Counted from the first letter of the stretch, positions 40,094 through 50,453 are shown. The stretch is 62,402 nt of DNA from Hyphomicrobiales bacterium (GCA_044506365.1 JBIQKQ010000001.1:1-62402), one strand, 5' to 3'. Notes: generated by a model not told the origin, from the letters alone. Translations and numbers: made by a program.

Positions 40094-40196
40094 GTGGTGT
40101 CCCGGCTGGCGCGCATCCTTACCAGCCGGCCGCGTCCGGTGCGATGGATCGCCGCGCGGCCCTTCCATGCATCTGCCGTGCTATCAGGGATGCGGC

Positions 40197-40703
40197 ATGC
40201 CGCAACCGATTCGCATCCTTGGCATCGATCCGGGTCTCCGCCGCACCGGCTGGGGGGTGATTGCGTGCGAGGGCAACCGGCTGGTCTTCGTGGCCTGCGG
40301 TTCGGTCGAGACGCAGGAGCGCGCCGCGCTTTCGGTGCGTCTGGTCGCGATCCATGACGGACTGATGCGCGTGGTGGAAGACTTCGCGCCGGACGAAGCG
40401 GCGGTCGAGGCGACGTTCGTCAATCGCGACGGCGCGTCGACGCTGAAGCTCGGACAGGCGCGCGGCATCGCCATGCTGATCCCGGCGCGCGCCGGGCTCT
40501 CGGTCGCCGAATATGCGCCGAACCTCGTGAAAAAGACCATCGTCGGCGCCGGCCATGCCGAGAAGGCGCAGATCCGCATGATGATCGGCGTTCTGCTGCC
40601 GAAGGCCGATCCGCGTACCGACGACGCCGCCGATGCGCTGGCGATCGCGGTCACGCACGCGCATCACCGCCAGAGAGCGCGATTGAAGATCGCGGCGGGG
40701 TGA
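40197..40703 (+). CDS. ruvC: Holliday junction resolvase
   Basis: [28 protein letters not shown]. Confidence 0.97.
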   Translation: MPQPIRILGIDPGLRRTGWGVIACEGNRLVFVACGSVETQERAALSVRLVAIHDGLMRVVEDFAPDEAAVEATFVNRDGASTLKLGQARGIAMLIPARAGLSVAEYAPNLVKKTIVGAGHAEKAQIRMMIGVLLPKADPRTDDAADALAIAVTHAHHRQRARLKIAAG

Positions 40704-40720
40704 CGCCGCGCCTTGGGCCT

Positions 40721-41704
40721 TCAGGTCCGGTCCGTGACGCGCTTGAGGAATGCGCACAGCTCGTCGACGCGCGGCCCCATCGCCTCGATCCAGCCCATCA
40801 GGTTGACTGACGCATGGATCGTGCCGAGCCAAAGGCGGAATTCATGAGCGGCGCCGGCTGATTTGAGCCTGTCGGCCAGCATTTCGGAATCGTTGCGCAG
40901 CGGATCGAATTCGCTGGCCGTGACAAAGAGTGGCGGCAATCCCCGCAGATCGGCGTGAAGCGGCGCGGCCAGCGGATTTTTGCGGTCTGCGGCCTTCGAC
41001 AGATAATGATTCCAGTACCAGTCCATTTCCTGACTCGAGATCAGGTAAGGCCCGCCGCCATAGGCCTGTTCGGATACCGTGTTCAGGTCCGGCGCATAGC
41101 AGCCGTAGATCAGTGCGGCGCCGCGCACCGGAGAATCGGCGGCATCGCGCAATGCGATCGTCGCGGCGAGTGCCAGATTGGCGCCGGCCGAGTCTCCCGC
41201 GACGGCGATGCGCGCAGGATCGATTCCCCAGTCAGGGCCATGCGTCGCGACAAAGCGGATCGCAGCGATGCAATCGTCCAGCGGAACCGGAAACGGATGC
41301 TCGGGCGCAAGGCCGTAATCCACACTGACGAGGCGCAGGCCCGACCGCTTAGCCAGTTGCCGCGCGACGCCGTCATAGACGTCGATGTCGCAGGTCACGA
41401 AGCCGCCGCCGTGCAGGAACACGATCGCCGGGCCCGACGCCGGGGCTCCCGGATCGTAGAGGCGGATGCGGATGTTGCCGCTCGCCGCCGCGATGCGCCG
41501 CTCCTCGATATGCGGGATCGCGGGCGCGCCGGCGGAGACATAGAAAGGCAGGAACCGATCGATGAGGGCGCGGGCGCCGGCCGGCGTACGCGTGAAGATC
41601 GGCGCCTCGTTGGCGGCTGTCGTGTAGATGCGGTTGAGAATGGCGGCGGTTTGCGGGTCGAGTTTCGACCAGGGTTCTTTGAAAAGCGCGGCAAAATCCG
41701 TCAT
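40721..41704 (-). CDS. HSL-family alpha/beta hydrolase (esterase)
   Basis: HGGGF, DYGLAPEHPFP, GDSAGA, DPLR. Confidence 0.92.
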   Translation of the reverse strand: MTDFAALFKEPWSKLDPQTAAILNRIYTTAANEAPIFTRTPAGARALIDRFLPFYVSAGAPAIPHIEERRIAAASGNIRIRLYDPGAPASGPAIVFLHGGGFVTCDIDVYDGVARQLAKRSGLRLVSVDYGLAPEHPFPVPLDDCIAAIRFVATHGPDWGIDPARIAVAGDSAGANLALAATIALRDAADSPVRGAALIYGCYAPDLNTVSEQAYGGGPYLISSQEMDWYWNHYLSKAADRKNPLAAPLHADLRGLPPLFVTASEFDPLRNDSEMLADRLKSAGAAHEFRLWLGTIHASVNLMGWIEAMGPRVDELCAFLKRVTDRT

Positions 41705-41772
41705 GAAGCGATCCTGAGGCGGCGCGGCAATTCGTGCTCTAATAGGAGGGCGCGATTCGCACCGATCCGGCG

Positions 41773-42390
41773 ATGATTGGCAAGCTCAAAGGCGTTATCG
41801 ATTCATACGGTGAAGATTACGTGATCGTCGACGTCCAGGGCGTCGGCTATCAGGTGCATTGCTCGGCGCGCACGCTGCAGGCGTTGCCCGCCCAGGGCGA
41901 ACCGGCCACGCTGTCGATCGAGACCCATGTGCGCGAGGACCAGATCCGGCTGTTCGGCTTTGCGAGCGATGTCGAACGCGGATGGTTCCGGCTGTTGCAG
42001 ACCGTGCAGGGGGTGGGCGCAAAAATGGCGCTCGCGGTACTCGGCACGCTGAGGCCGACCGAGCTTGCGAACGCGATTGCGTTGCGCGACAAGGCCGCGC
42101 TCGCCCGCACGCCGGGAGTCGGCGCGAAAGTCGCCGAGCGCATCGTCACCGAATTGAAGGACAAGACGCCGGCCTTCAGCGACATTGATCCGGCGGTGGT
42201 GCGGCTGGCGGAGGCGGTGGACGACAACCGCGCGCCGCAGCCGGTGCGCGATGCGGTCTCCGCGCTGGTCAATCTCGGCTATGGTCAGCCGCAGGCGGCG
42301 GCGGCGATCGCCGCGGCGGCGCGCGAAGCCGGTGAAGGCGCCGATACCGCGAAGCTGATCCGCTTCGGGCTAAAGGAACTGGCGAAGTAA
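41773..42390 (+). CDS. ruvA: Holliday junction branch migration protein
   Basis: [33 protein letters not shown]. Confidence 0.97.
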   Translation: MIGKLKGVIDSYGEDYVIVDVQGVGYQVHCSARTLQALPAQGEPATLSIETHVREDQIRLFGFASDVERGWFRLLQTVQGVGAKMALAVLGTLRPTELANAIALRDKAALARTPGVGAKVAERIVTELKDKTPAFSDIDPAVVRLAEAVDDNRAPQPVRDAVSALVNLGYGQPQAAAAIAAAAREAGEGADTAKLIRFGLKELAK

Positions 42391-42406
42391 GGCGTAGGGT
42401 GCAAGC

Positions 42407-42832
42407 GTGTCGAGTCTGACCGAAAAGGACAAGGAACTGATCGCCGCCGCGAGCGAGGCGATCAGACAGCGCTATCGCAACGACTGGCAGGAGGTCGGGG
42501 CGGCCATGCGCACGCGCGATGGCCGCGTCATCACCGGGGTCAATATCGACGCTTATCTCGGCCGCATGGCGGTCTGCGCCGAAGCGATCGCGATCGGCCG
42601 CTCGATCACCGAAGGCGGCGACAAGGGGATCGAGACCATCGTCGCGGTGCGCCATCCGCGCCCACACGAGGAAGACCAGGAGATCAAGGTGGTGTCGCCC
42701 TGCGGCTCCTGCCGCGAGCTGATCCATGACTACGATCCAAAGGCGCGGGTGATCGTGCCGAACGGCCCGGAGCCGTCGGTGATGTCGATCTCGGAATTGC
42801 TGCCGAACAAATACTGGCGGGGCAAGAAGTGA
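42407..42832 (+). CDS. Cytidine deaminase family, blasticidin S deaminase-like
   Basis: CAE and PCGSCRE three-Cys zinc motifs; GTGA overlap with ruvB. Confidence 0.88.
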   Translation: MSSLTEKDKELIAAASEAIRQRYRNDWQEVGAAMRTRDGRVITGVNIDAYLGRMAVCAEAIAIGRSITEGGDKGIETIVAVRHPRPHEEDQEIKVVSPCGSCRELIHDYDPKARVIVPNGPEPSVMSISELLPNKYWRGKK

Positions 42833-43869
42833 GCACGACACGCCTCGTCTCCGCCGAACGCCGCGACGACGATCTTGCGGACGCGTCACTGCGTCCGCAG
42901 AAGCTCGGCGAGTTCATCGGCCAGGAAAAAGCGCGCGCCAATCTCGAAGTCTTCATCAAGGCGGCGCGGTCGCGCGGCGAGGCGCTCGACCATGTGCTGT
43001 TCGTCGGCCCGCCGGGCTTAGGCAAGACCACGCTCGCGCAGATCGTCGCGCGCGAACTCGGCGTGAATTTCCGCGCCACCTCGGGACCAGTGATCTCCAA
43101 GGCCGGCGACCTCGCGGCGCTGCTTACCAATCTCGAAGAGCGCGACGTACTCTTCATCGACGAAATCCACAGGCTCAATCCGCAGGTCGAGGAAATCCTC
43201 TATCCCGCGATGGAGGATTTCCAGCTCGACCTCATCATCGGCGAGGGACCGGCGGCGCGCTCGGTGAAGATCGAATTGTCGAAATTCACCCTGGTCGGCG
43301 CAACCACGCGGGCGGGCCTGCTCACCAATCCGCTGCGCGACCGCTTCGGCATTCCGGTGCGGCTCGACTTCTACACGGAAGCCGAACTGGAACTGATCGT
43401 GACGCGCGGCGCCCGCGTGCTCGGCGTCGGCACCACCAAGGACGGCGCGAACGAAATCGCACGGCGCGCCCGTGGCACGCCCCGCATCGCCGGTCGTCTG
43501 CTGCGGCGGCTGCGCGATTTCGCCGACGTGCAGGGCAATGCCGCTATTGACCGCGCGGTCGCCGACAAGGCGCTCGGCGCGCTGGAAGTGGACGGCGCCG
43601 GGCTCGATGCGATGGACCGGCGCTACCTCACGACCATTGCGATGAATTACGGCGGCGGACCGGTGGGCGTCGAAACCATCGCCGCGGCTTTGTCGGAGCC
43701 GCGCGATGCGATCGAGGACATCATCGAGCCGTTCCTGATCCAGAAGGGCTTCGTGCAGCGCACCCCGCGCGGCCGCCTGCTGACCGGACATGCCTTCCGC
43801 CATCTCGGCCTCGCCGAGCCAGCGCGCGATCCGGCGCAGTTCGGGCTGTTCGGCGGGGAGGGCGAGTGA
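42829..43869 (+). CDS. ruvB: Holliday junction branch migration ATPase
   Basis: [37 protein letters not shown]. Confidence 0.98.
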   Translation: MSTTRLVSAERRDDDLADASLRPQKLGEFIGQEKARANLEVFIKAARSRGEALDHVLFVGPPGLGKTTLAQIVARELGVNFRATSGPVISKAGDLAALLTNLEERDVLFIDEIHRLNPQVEEILYPAMEDFQLDLIIGEGPAARSVKIELSKFTLVGATTRAGLLTNPLRDRFGIPVRLDFYTEAELELIVTRGARVLGVGTTKDGANEIARRARGTPRIAGRLLRRLRDFADVQGNAAIDRAVADKALGALEVDGAGLDAMDRRYLTTIAMNYGGGPVGVETIAAALSEPRDAIEDIIEPFLIQKGFVQRTPRGRLLTGHAFRHLGLAEPARDPAQFGLFGGEGE

Positions 43870-44034
43870 TTCAGTTTCGCTGACCGCCCGGCTCGACCGG
43901 ATCATCGAAGGCAAGCACTGGTAAGCCGCGCCGCGGCAACGTTTCCTCGCGCAGCGAATTGTCGCATGCGTCCGATGCTCGCAAGAAATCGCCAGTGACA
44001 CACTTATCTCCCGCGCTGAGCAACGGGAGGGTGC

Positions 44035-45246
44035 ATGAAAGCAATTGGAACTCTGGATTCGCACCGCTACCTGAAGCGGCTGGCGGCGATCGTGGCGGCG
44101 TTCGCCGTGTTCGTGTCGGTCATGCCGCAGGTCGTCGCGCATACCGCTCCGGAACCCGACGCGGCCGAAGACGAAGTCATCGAACATGTAGAGGTCGCAT
44201 ACGAGGCGGTCCGGATCGGCGGCACGTTCGAGTTCCCGTGGTCCATCGCTTTCCTGCCGGACCGGTCGATGCTGCTCACCGAGCGGGTCGGACGGCTGCA
44301 GCGCATCCTTCCCGACGGAACCACGCGTGAAATCACGGGCCTGCCGCCGATATTCACGTCCGGCCTTGCAGGCCTCTTCGATGTCGCGGTCGATCCGGAC
44401 TTTGCGAAAAACCGGCTGATCTATTTTGCTTATGCCCACGGCAGTGAAAAGCGCTCGGCCCTGCGCGTGATGAGCGCAAGACTGAGCCGGGACCATTCGC
44501 GCCTCGTTGCAAGGACGGTGATTTTCGAGAGCAGCGCCGCCGCGCGGGACGAGCAATATGGTGGGCGCCTTGCGATCACGCGGGATGGCTACCTGTTCCT
44601 CACAGTCGGCGACCGCTGGGAGCAGGACAGCGCGCAGCGCCTCGACACGCATCTGGGAACGGTGATCCGCATTCGCACCGACGGCCGCGTGCCGCAGGAC
44701 AATCCGTTCTATGGCCGCGACGATGCGAAGCCGGAAATCTGGAGTTATGGCCACCGCGTCTCGCAGGGGCTCGCCTTCGATGAGGAGCGCGGCGATCTCT
44801 ATGCCGTCGAGCATGGGCCGATGGGCGGGGACGAGTTGAACCGGATCGAGCGGGGCGGCAATTACGGCTGGCCGGTCATCACCCATGGCATCGGCTATGA
44901 CGGCAAGCCGATCGGCGAAGGCAAGGCCAAGGCCGGCATGGAGCAGCCCGCGCATGTGTTTGCCGAGCCGCCCGCACAGGCGCCATCAGGTCTTGCGGTT
45001 GACAGCGCCGGGGCGAAGCCGATCCTGTGGGTCGGAACGCTGGCCGGACAGGCCGTGGTGCGACTCGATCCGGACGGCGAAGGCTGGCGCGAGACCCGGA
45101 TTCTTCATGAGGAACTCGGACGCATCCGCGATGTACGGATTGGACCGGACGGGCTAGTCTATGTCATCACCGACGCCGCCGAAGGGGCGCTGTACCGGCT
45201 CGATCCAGTGGTCGAGCAGGCCGGGCAAGGGCGGCGCACCCGATGA
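44035..45246 (+). CDS. PQQ-dependent sugar dehydrogenase (YliI/sGDH family)
   Basis: PWSIAFLPD, TERVG, PQDNPF, EIWSYGHR, EHGPMGGDELN, NYGWP, RIRDV. Confidence 0.9.
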   Translation: MKAIGTLDSHRYLKRLAAIVAAFAVFVSVMPQVVAHTAPEPDAAEDEVIEHVEVAYEAVRIGGTFEFPWSIAFLPDRSMLLTERVGRLQRILPDGTTREITGLPPIFTSGLAGLFDVAVDPDFAKNRLIYFAYAHGSEKRSALRVMSARLSRDHSRLVARTVIFESSAAARDEQYGGRLAITRDGYLFLTVGDRWEQDSAQRLDTHLGTVIRIRTDGRVPQDNPFYGRDDAKPEIWSYGHRVSQGLAFDEERGDLYAVEHGPMGGDELNRIERGGNYGWPVITHGIGYDGKPIGEGKAKAGMEQPAHVFAEPPAQAPSGLAVDSAGAKPILWVGTLAGQAVVRLDPDGEGWRETRILHEELGRIRDVRIGPDGLVYVITDAAEGALYRLDPVVEQAGQGRRTR

Positions 45247-45273
45247 GAACGAGCAAGTCCGATCCACTTCTCC

Positions 45274-45741
45274 ATGACGTTAGTACCTCTCGACGGCGAA
45301 CTGCGTGACGGCCGCCACACCTTCATCGTGCGCGTCTATTACGAGGACACCGACTTCACCGGCATCGTCTATCATGCGAACTATCTGCGCTACATGGAGC
45401 GCGGCCGAACCAACTATCTGCGCCTGATCGGCGCCGACCATCGCGCGCTGTTTGAGCAGACCGAAGAAGAGGCGCCGGGCTTCGCCTTCGTGGTGCGTTC
45501 GATGACCATCGATTTCCGTAAGCCCGCGCGCATGGATGACATTCTCACCGTCGTCAGTGAACCGAATGAGGTGAAGGGCGCCTCCGTCACTATCCGCCAG
45601 CGCGTGATGAGAGGCGACGAATTGCTGGTGCAGGCGGATGTGCGGGTCGCGTTCATTTCCGGCGGGCGGGCGAGGCCGATCCCGAAGCCCTTGCGGATCG
45701 CGATGAAGGCCGATCAGGACGCGGCGGAAGCGTCGGTTTGA
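45274..45741 (+). CDS. ybgC: Tol-Pal-associated acyl-CoA thioesterase
   Basis: RVYYEDTDFTGIVYHANYLRYMERGR. Confidence 0.93.
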   Translation: MTLVPLDGELRDGRHTFIVRVYYEDTDFTGIVYHANYLRYMERGRTNYLRLIGADHRALFEQTEEEAPGFAFVVRSMTIDFRKPARMDDILTVVSEPNEVKGASVTIRQRVMRGDELLVQADVRVAFISGGRARPIPKPLRIAMKADQDAAEASV

Positions 45742-45791
45742 CATCCTGTCCTGCCGCGCCTTGAATTGCTGAAAAGCGACAGGAGGAAGCG

Positions 45792-46592
45792 GTGAGACTG
45801 ACGCAAGCGCAACTCGACCAATTCCACACCGAAGGCTGGCTGCTGCTGCCGGAGCTTTTCAACGCGGAAGAGGTCGATCTGCTTCGCCGCGAAGCGATCG
45901 CGATCTACGACGAGCGGCGTCCCGAGGTCTGGTTCGAGAAGAGCGGTGCACCGCGCACCGCCTTTGCCGCGCACCTCTACAACGAAGCGTTCCGGCTGCT
46001 TGGCGCGCATCCGCGCATGATCGGACCGGTGGAGCAGATCTTCGGCGAGAAGGTCTACATGCACCAGTACAAGATCAACGCCAAATCGGCCTTCACCGGC
46101 GAAGTCTGGCAATGGCACCAGGATTACGGCACCTGGAAGCGCGATGACGGCATGCCGGAGCCGCGCGCGATGAATATCGCAGTGTTCCTGGACGAGGTGA
46201 TGCCGATCAACGGCCCGTTGATGCTGGTGCCGCGCAGCCAGACCGCCGGCGATCTGCAGGCCTCGCATGATCGGGAAACCACATCCTATCCGTTATGGAC
46301 GCTCGACGAGGACACCGTGACGCGGCTGGTCAATGCGGGCGGCATCGTGGCGCCGACGGGCAAGCCCGGAAGCATGCTGATGTTCCATGGCAATCTGGTG
46401 CACGGCTCCGCCGGCAACATCACCCCCTATCCGCGCAAGATCGTCTATCTGACCCTCAACGCGGTCTCGAACTACATCCGCACACCGACGCGGCCGGAAT
46501 ACATCGCGCACCGGGACTTCGCGCCGATCGAGACGGTGGAGGACGATTCCCTGATCCGGCTGGCGCGCGCTCATCGCGAAGCGGCGGAGTAG
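45792..46592 (+). CDS. Fe(II)/2-oxoglutarate dioxygenase, PhyH family (EctD-like)
   Basis: HQD..H facial triad (WHQDYG; LVHGS), NGPLMLVPRS. Confidence 0.88.
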   Translation: MRLTQAQLDQFHTEGWLLLPELFNAEEVDLLRREAIAIYDERRPEVWFEKSGAPRTAFAAHLYNEAFRLLGAHPRMIGPVEQIFGEKVYMHQYKINAKSAFTGEVWQWHQDYGTWKRDDGMPEPRAMNIAVFLDEVMPINGPLMLVPRSQTAGDLQASHDRETTSYPLWTLDEDTVTRLVNAGGIVAPTGKPGSMLMFHGNLVHGSAGNITPYPRKIVYLTLNAVSNYIRTPTRPEYIAHRDFAPIETVEDDSLIRLARAHREAAE

Positions 46593-46664
46593 GCCGCCGA
46601 GCCACCGGCCGGCCCGCCGACGCAGCAGTTCGTCGCCTGGACCATCGACGTGCGGCGCCGTCGC

Positions 46665-46683
46665 ATGTTAATGCCCTTCACAT
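46665..46683 (+). promoter_or_regulatory. Candidate TetR autoregulatory site overlapping the start codon
   Basis: ATGTTAATGCCCTTCACAT resembles the 47387-47411 palindrome. Confidence 0.55.
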
Positions 46684-47311
46684 GAGCTGGAAACGCGGCA
46701 GCGAGCGTGGCTATCATCATGGCAACCTGAAGGAAGCCCTGGTGCGGGCGGCGCTCGACCTGATCGCGCAAAAGGGGCCGGCGGGCTTCACCTTCGCCGA
46801 TGCGGCGCGCTGGGCGGGTGTCAGTCCTGCTGCGCCCTACCGGCATTATCGCGACCGCGACGAATTGCTGTCGGATGTTGCACGCCGCGGCTTCGAAGAA
46901 TTCGCAGCCCAACTCTCGAAAGCATGGGACGACGGCAAGCCCGATCCGCAGAAGGCCTTCGAGCGGCTGGGCAAGGCCTATCTCGCCTTCGCCCGCTCGG
47001 AACCCGCCTTCTATTCGGCCATGTTCGAGGCGGGAATTCCGCCCGATTCCAGTCCGGAATTGCGTGCTGCCGGCGACCGCGCCTTCGCCATCGTGCGGGG
47101 CGCCTGCGAGGCGCTGTCGGCGCTCTTGCCGCAGGGAAAGCGGCCGCCGGCGCTGATGATGGCGCTGCATATCTGGGCGCTGTCGCACGGCATCGCCTCG
47201 CTCTTCGCGCGCGGCGACGGGTCGCAGCGGGTGCTGCCAATGTCGGCCGAGGACCTGTTGGAAGCGGCTGTCCTTGTCTATCTGAGCGGTCTTGGTCTGC
47301 ACGGACGTTGA
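46682..47311 (+). CDS. TetR/AcrR family regulator
   Basis: YHHGNLKEALV..AARWAGVSPAAPYRHY HTH; IWALSHGIASL. Confidence 0.93.
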   Translation: MSWKRGSERGYHHGNLKEALVRAALDLIAQKGPAGFTFADAARWAGVSPAAPYRHYRDRDELLSDVARRGFEEFAAQLSKAWDDGKPDPQKAFERLGKAYLAFARSEPAFYSAMFEAGIPPDSSPELRAAGDRAFAIVRGACEALSALLPQGKRPPALMMALHIWALSHGIASLFARGDGSQRVLPMSAEDLLEAAVLVYLSGLGLHGR

Positions 47312-47362
47312 GCGGCACGCAGATAGGATCCGTCCTGATGACGGATTCGTGAAGACACGGCC

Positions 47363-47411
47363 TTGACGGGAGAACAGGGCGCCGCTATGTGAATGTTATT
47401 AACATTCACAT
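47363..47411 (+). promoter_or_regulatory. Sigma70 promoter with perfect operator palindrome
   Basis: TTGACG (47363)-N17-TATGTG; ATGTGAATGTTA-T-TAACATTCACAT at 47387-47411. Confidence 0.8.
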
Positions 47412-47431
47412 CTGAGCCATGAGGAAAGCGA

Positions 47432-47872
47432 ATGAACGCGATGACACTCACGGACAAGATCGACGACTACGGCCGGCCGGGATGGATCGCGCTCACGGTC
47501 CTCGGCTTCATCGTGTGGTGGCCTATCGGTCTCGCCCTCCTGGCCTTTACGGTATGGAGCGGTCGGATGGCTTGCACTCGCTACGGCTTGGAACGCTGGC
47601 AGAGCAAAATGGCCCGCATGCAGGAGAAAATGGACCGCATGCGCACGCGTATGCAGGGCGATGGGGGCGGGTTCTGGGCGCCTCCGTCCTCCGGCAACCG
47701 CGCTTTCGATGAATATCGCGCCGAGACCCTGCGCCGGCTCGAAGACGAGCAGCGCGAGTTCCAGGAATTCCTGGTGCGGCTGCGGGAGGCCAAGGACAAG
47801 GCCGAGTTCGACCAGTTCATGGCCGAGCGCCGCGGGCGCCACGACATCAATCCGCCGTCCCCTCAGGGCTAA
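47432..47872 (+). CDS. DUF2852 membrane protein
   Basis: GWIALTVLGFIVWWPIGLALL; SSGNRAFDEYRAETLRRLEDEQREF..DKAEFDQFM. Confidence 0.88.
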   Translation: MNAMTLTDKIDDYGRPGWIALTVLGFIVWWPIGLALLAFTVWSGRMACTRYGLERWQSKMARMQEKMDRMRTRMQGDGGGFWAPPSSGNRAFDEYRAETLRRLEDEQREFQEFLVRLREAKDKAEFDQFMAERRGRHDINPPSPQG

Positions 47873-47899
47873 CAGTCTCGCGTGTCACCGCGCAGCCAG

Positions 47900-47929
47900 C
47901 GCCCGCCGGCCGTGAGCCGGCGGGCGTTT
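47900..47929 (+). terminator. Probable intrinsic terminator
   Basis: CGCCCGCCGGC-cgtga-GCCGGCGGGCG-TTT. Confidence 0.7.
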
Positions 47930-48067
47930 GCGTTCCCGCCCGAGTTTTTCCGGGGACCCGCTCGATCGGCGGCACAGCGGGCTTGCCGGTTCCATAAATT
48001 CGCAGTTTCCAAGCTTTCCACGGTGAAACACGCCGCGCGCCCACCGTCGCGATTTGATCGCACATTC

Positions 48068-48083
48068 GTAACCGAACCTTAAC
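48068..48083 (+). promoter_or_regulatory. Candidate CtrA box upstream of tolQ
   Basis: GTAA-ccgaacc-TTAAC, one mismatch to TTAA-N7-TTAAC. Confidence 0.55.
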
Positions 48084-48319
48084 CACAATGGGCGCTGGTT
48101 AGCGTGAAGGAGGCTCGTGCCACGCCCTAGTTTGGCCAAGTTTCACGGGGATTTCGTCGCTTTGCCGGGTGGTGGACGGCGACGTCTTCGTGACAATCGG
48201 ATCTGGGTGACGCGCCATCGTGGCGGCGCCGGTTCAGAATTATCCGATTGGTCCGGCATGGCGTGCGGGCTTTCGTCGGGCCGCCGATTGAAAATGCACG
48301 CGAAACCGGAGAACGACCA

Positions 48320-49033
48320 ATGAACCCAGCCGACGTGGCGCAGTCGGCTTTGCCGGTCAGCGCCGATCTTTCGATCCTCGGCCTGTTCCTGCAGGCGCAC
48401 TGGGTCGTGAAGGCGGTGATGATCGGGCTGCTGGTCTGCTCGATCTGGGTCTGGGCGATCGCGATCGACAAGTATCTGCTGTTCGCGCGCACCAAGCGCT
48501 CCATGGACCGTTTCGAACAGGCATTCTGGTCCGGCCAGTCGCTGGAAGAACTCTATCGTACGCTCTCGGCCAAGCCCACGCATTCGATGGCGGCGCTGTT
48601 CGTCGCCGCGATGCGCGAATGGAAGCGCAGCTTCGAAGGACACGCGCGGTCCTTCGCCGGACTGCAGCAGCGGATCGACAAGGTGATGGATGTCACCATC
48701 ACCCGCGAGATCGACCGGCTGGAACGGCGTCTCCTGGTGCTGGCGACGGTCGGGTCCGCAGGCCCCTTCATCGGCCTGTTCGGAACTGTCTGGGGCATCA
48801 TGAACAGCTTCCAGTCGATCGCCGCGTCCAAGAACACCTCGCTCGCGGTGGTCGCGCCCGGCATTGCCGAGGCTTTGTTCGCGACGGCGATCGGCCTTGT
48901 TGCCGCCATTCCGGCGACGATTTTCTATAACAAGTTCGTGGCCGAGGTGAACAAACAGGCTCATCGGCTGGAGGGTTTTGCCGACGAATTCTCGGCCATC
49001 CTGTCGCGCCAGATCGACGAGCGCGGAGCCTGA
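48320..49033 (+). CDS. tolQ: TolQ
   Basis: LATVGSAGPFIGLFGTVWGIM, VAPGIAEALFATAIGL. Confidence 0.96.
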   Translation: MNPADVAQSALPVSADLSILGLFLQAHWVVKAVMIGLLVCSIWVWAIAIDKYLLFARTKRSMDRFEQAFWSGQSLEELYRTLSAKPTHSMAALFVAAMREWKRSFEGHARSFAGLQQRIDKVMDVTITREIDRLERRLLVLATVGSAGPFIGLFGTVWGIMNSFQSIAASKNTSLAVVAPGIAEALFATAIGLVAAIPATIFYNKFVAEVNKQAHRLEGFADEFSAILSRQIDERGA

Positions 49034-49036
49034 TCG

Positions 49037-49495
49037 ATGGGGATGGGGAACGGGGGCGGCGCAGGTGTGCAGGGCGGCGGTCGACGGCGCCGCACCCGCA
49101 AGCCGGTGATGGCCGAGATCAACGTCACCCCGATGGTCGACGTGATGCTGGTGCTGCTGATCATCTTCATGGTGTCGGCGCCGCTGCTCACGGTCGGCGT
49201 GCAGATCGATCTGCCGCAGACCCAGGCCAAGAGCCTCGACCAGGACAAGGAACCGCTCACGGTGACGGTGAACACCAAGGGTGAAGTCTACCTGATGAAT
49301 TCGGAGATCAAGGTCGAGGAACTGGTCCCCAAGCTGAAGGCTATCACCGACGCGCGCGGCGGCGCCGAGGAACGCATCTACGTGCGCGGGGACAAGAACG
49401 TGAATTACGGTACAGTCATGCGGGTGATGGGCCGGCTGTCGGCGGCAGGCTTTCGCCGCGTCGCGCTCGTCACCGAGGTCGAACAGGGGACCTGA
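49037..49495 (+). CDS. tolR: TolR
   Basis: EINVTPMVDVMLVLLIIFMV, RGDKNVNYG. Confidence 0.95.
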   Translation: MGMGNGGGAGVQGGGRRRRTRKPVMAEINVTPMVDVMLVLLIIFMVSAPLLTVGVQIDLPQTQAKSLDQDKEPLTVTVNTKGEVYLMNSEIKVEELVPKLKAITDARGGAEERIYVRGDKNVNYGTVMRVMGRLSAAGFRRVALVTEVEQGT

Positions 49496-49506
49496 CTTTA
49501 GCGACG

Positions 49507-50442
49507 ATGAGGACGGGACTCGCCATATCGAGTGTCGCGCATGCGTCCGCTCTGCTGTGGGCGCTGCTGACCTTCACGTCCTCGCCGCTGGAATCGATGC
49601 CGGCGGATTCGATCCCCGTTGACATCATCTCGCCAACCGAATTCAGCCAGCTCACCGCTGGATCGAAGACCGCGAAAAAGCAGGACGCGCCCAAGCCGCT
49701 CGTGGAAAAAGTCGGCGAGCAGAAGCAGGTCGAAGATCACACCGCCAAGGTATCCGAGAAAAAGGAAATCCAGGCGACCAAGAACGAACAGACCCCGCCG
49801 AAGCCGGTCGAGAAAACCGAATCCAAGCCGGAACCAAAGCCCGCGCCACCCAAGCCGGCCGAAGCCGCAGAGGCCAAGCCCGAGCCGAAGCCCGAACCCA
49901 AGCCGGACCCGATCGCCGAAGCGCTGAAGAAAGACGAGACCAAGAAGAAAGAGGAACAGAAGAAGCAGGCGCAGAAGGCGGTGCCGACCCCGACGCGCAA
50001 GCCGCCGCCCAAAAAGCAGCCGCAGTTCAATCCGCAGCGCATCGCAGCGCTGCTCGACAAGCGCGATCCGCAGCGTCAGGCCGCCACCGGTGATGCGATC
50101 AACCGCACCGCCTCGCTCGGCATTCCGACCGGCACCGCGGCGACGCTATCGCAGAACGAACTCGACGCATTGCGCGCGCGGCTGCGTCAGAACTGGTCGG
50201 TGCCTCCGCTCGCGGAGAAGATCGTGATTCGCATGGTCATCCGCCTCACGCCGGATGGACGGCTCTCCTCGCCGCCACAGGTTATGACGCGGGGCAGCGG
50301 GCCGGCCTTTGAAGCCTTCCGCGACAGCGCCGTTCGTGCGGTGATGATCAGCCAGCCCTTCAATATGCTACGGAAAGAAACCTACGACGTCTGGCGTGAG
50401 ATCGATATCGATTTCGACGAACGTACGATGTTTGGATTGTGA
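49507..50442 (+). CDS. tolA: TolA
   Basis: TM with SxxxH, Pro/Lys/Glu-rich linker, TonB-like C-domain; between tolR and tolB. Confidence 0.88.
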   Translation: MRTGLAISSVAHASALLWALLTFTSSPLESMPADSIPVDIISPTEFSQLTAGSKTAKKQDAPKPLVEKVGEQKQVEDHTAKVSEKKEIQATKNEQTPPKPVEKTESKPEPKPAPPKPAEAAEAKPEPKPEPKPDPIAEALKKDETKKKEEQKKQAQKAVPTPTRKPPPKKQPQFNPQRIAALLDKRDPQRQAATGDAINRTASLGIPTGTAATLSQNELDALRARLRQNWSVPPLAEKIVIRMVIRLTPDGRLSSPPQVMTRGSGPAFEAFRDSAVRAVMISQPFNMLRKETYDVWREIDIDFDERTMFGL

Positions 50443-50453
50443 ACAGAGCGATC

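Noticed and set aside
40094-41772. Alphaproteobacterial LexA box (GTTC-N7-GTTC) before ruvC or ruvA
   Set aside because: No convincing match found by eye in either spacer.
43870-43924. Short coding-like stretch after ruvB (SLTARLDRIIEGKHW-stop)
   Set aside because: No in-frame start and too short to call a gene remnant without a search.
49790-49915. PEPK tandem repeats
   Set aside because: Normal TolA linker.
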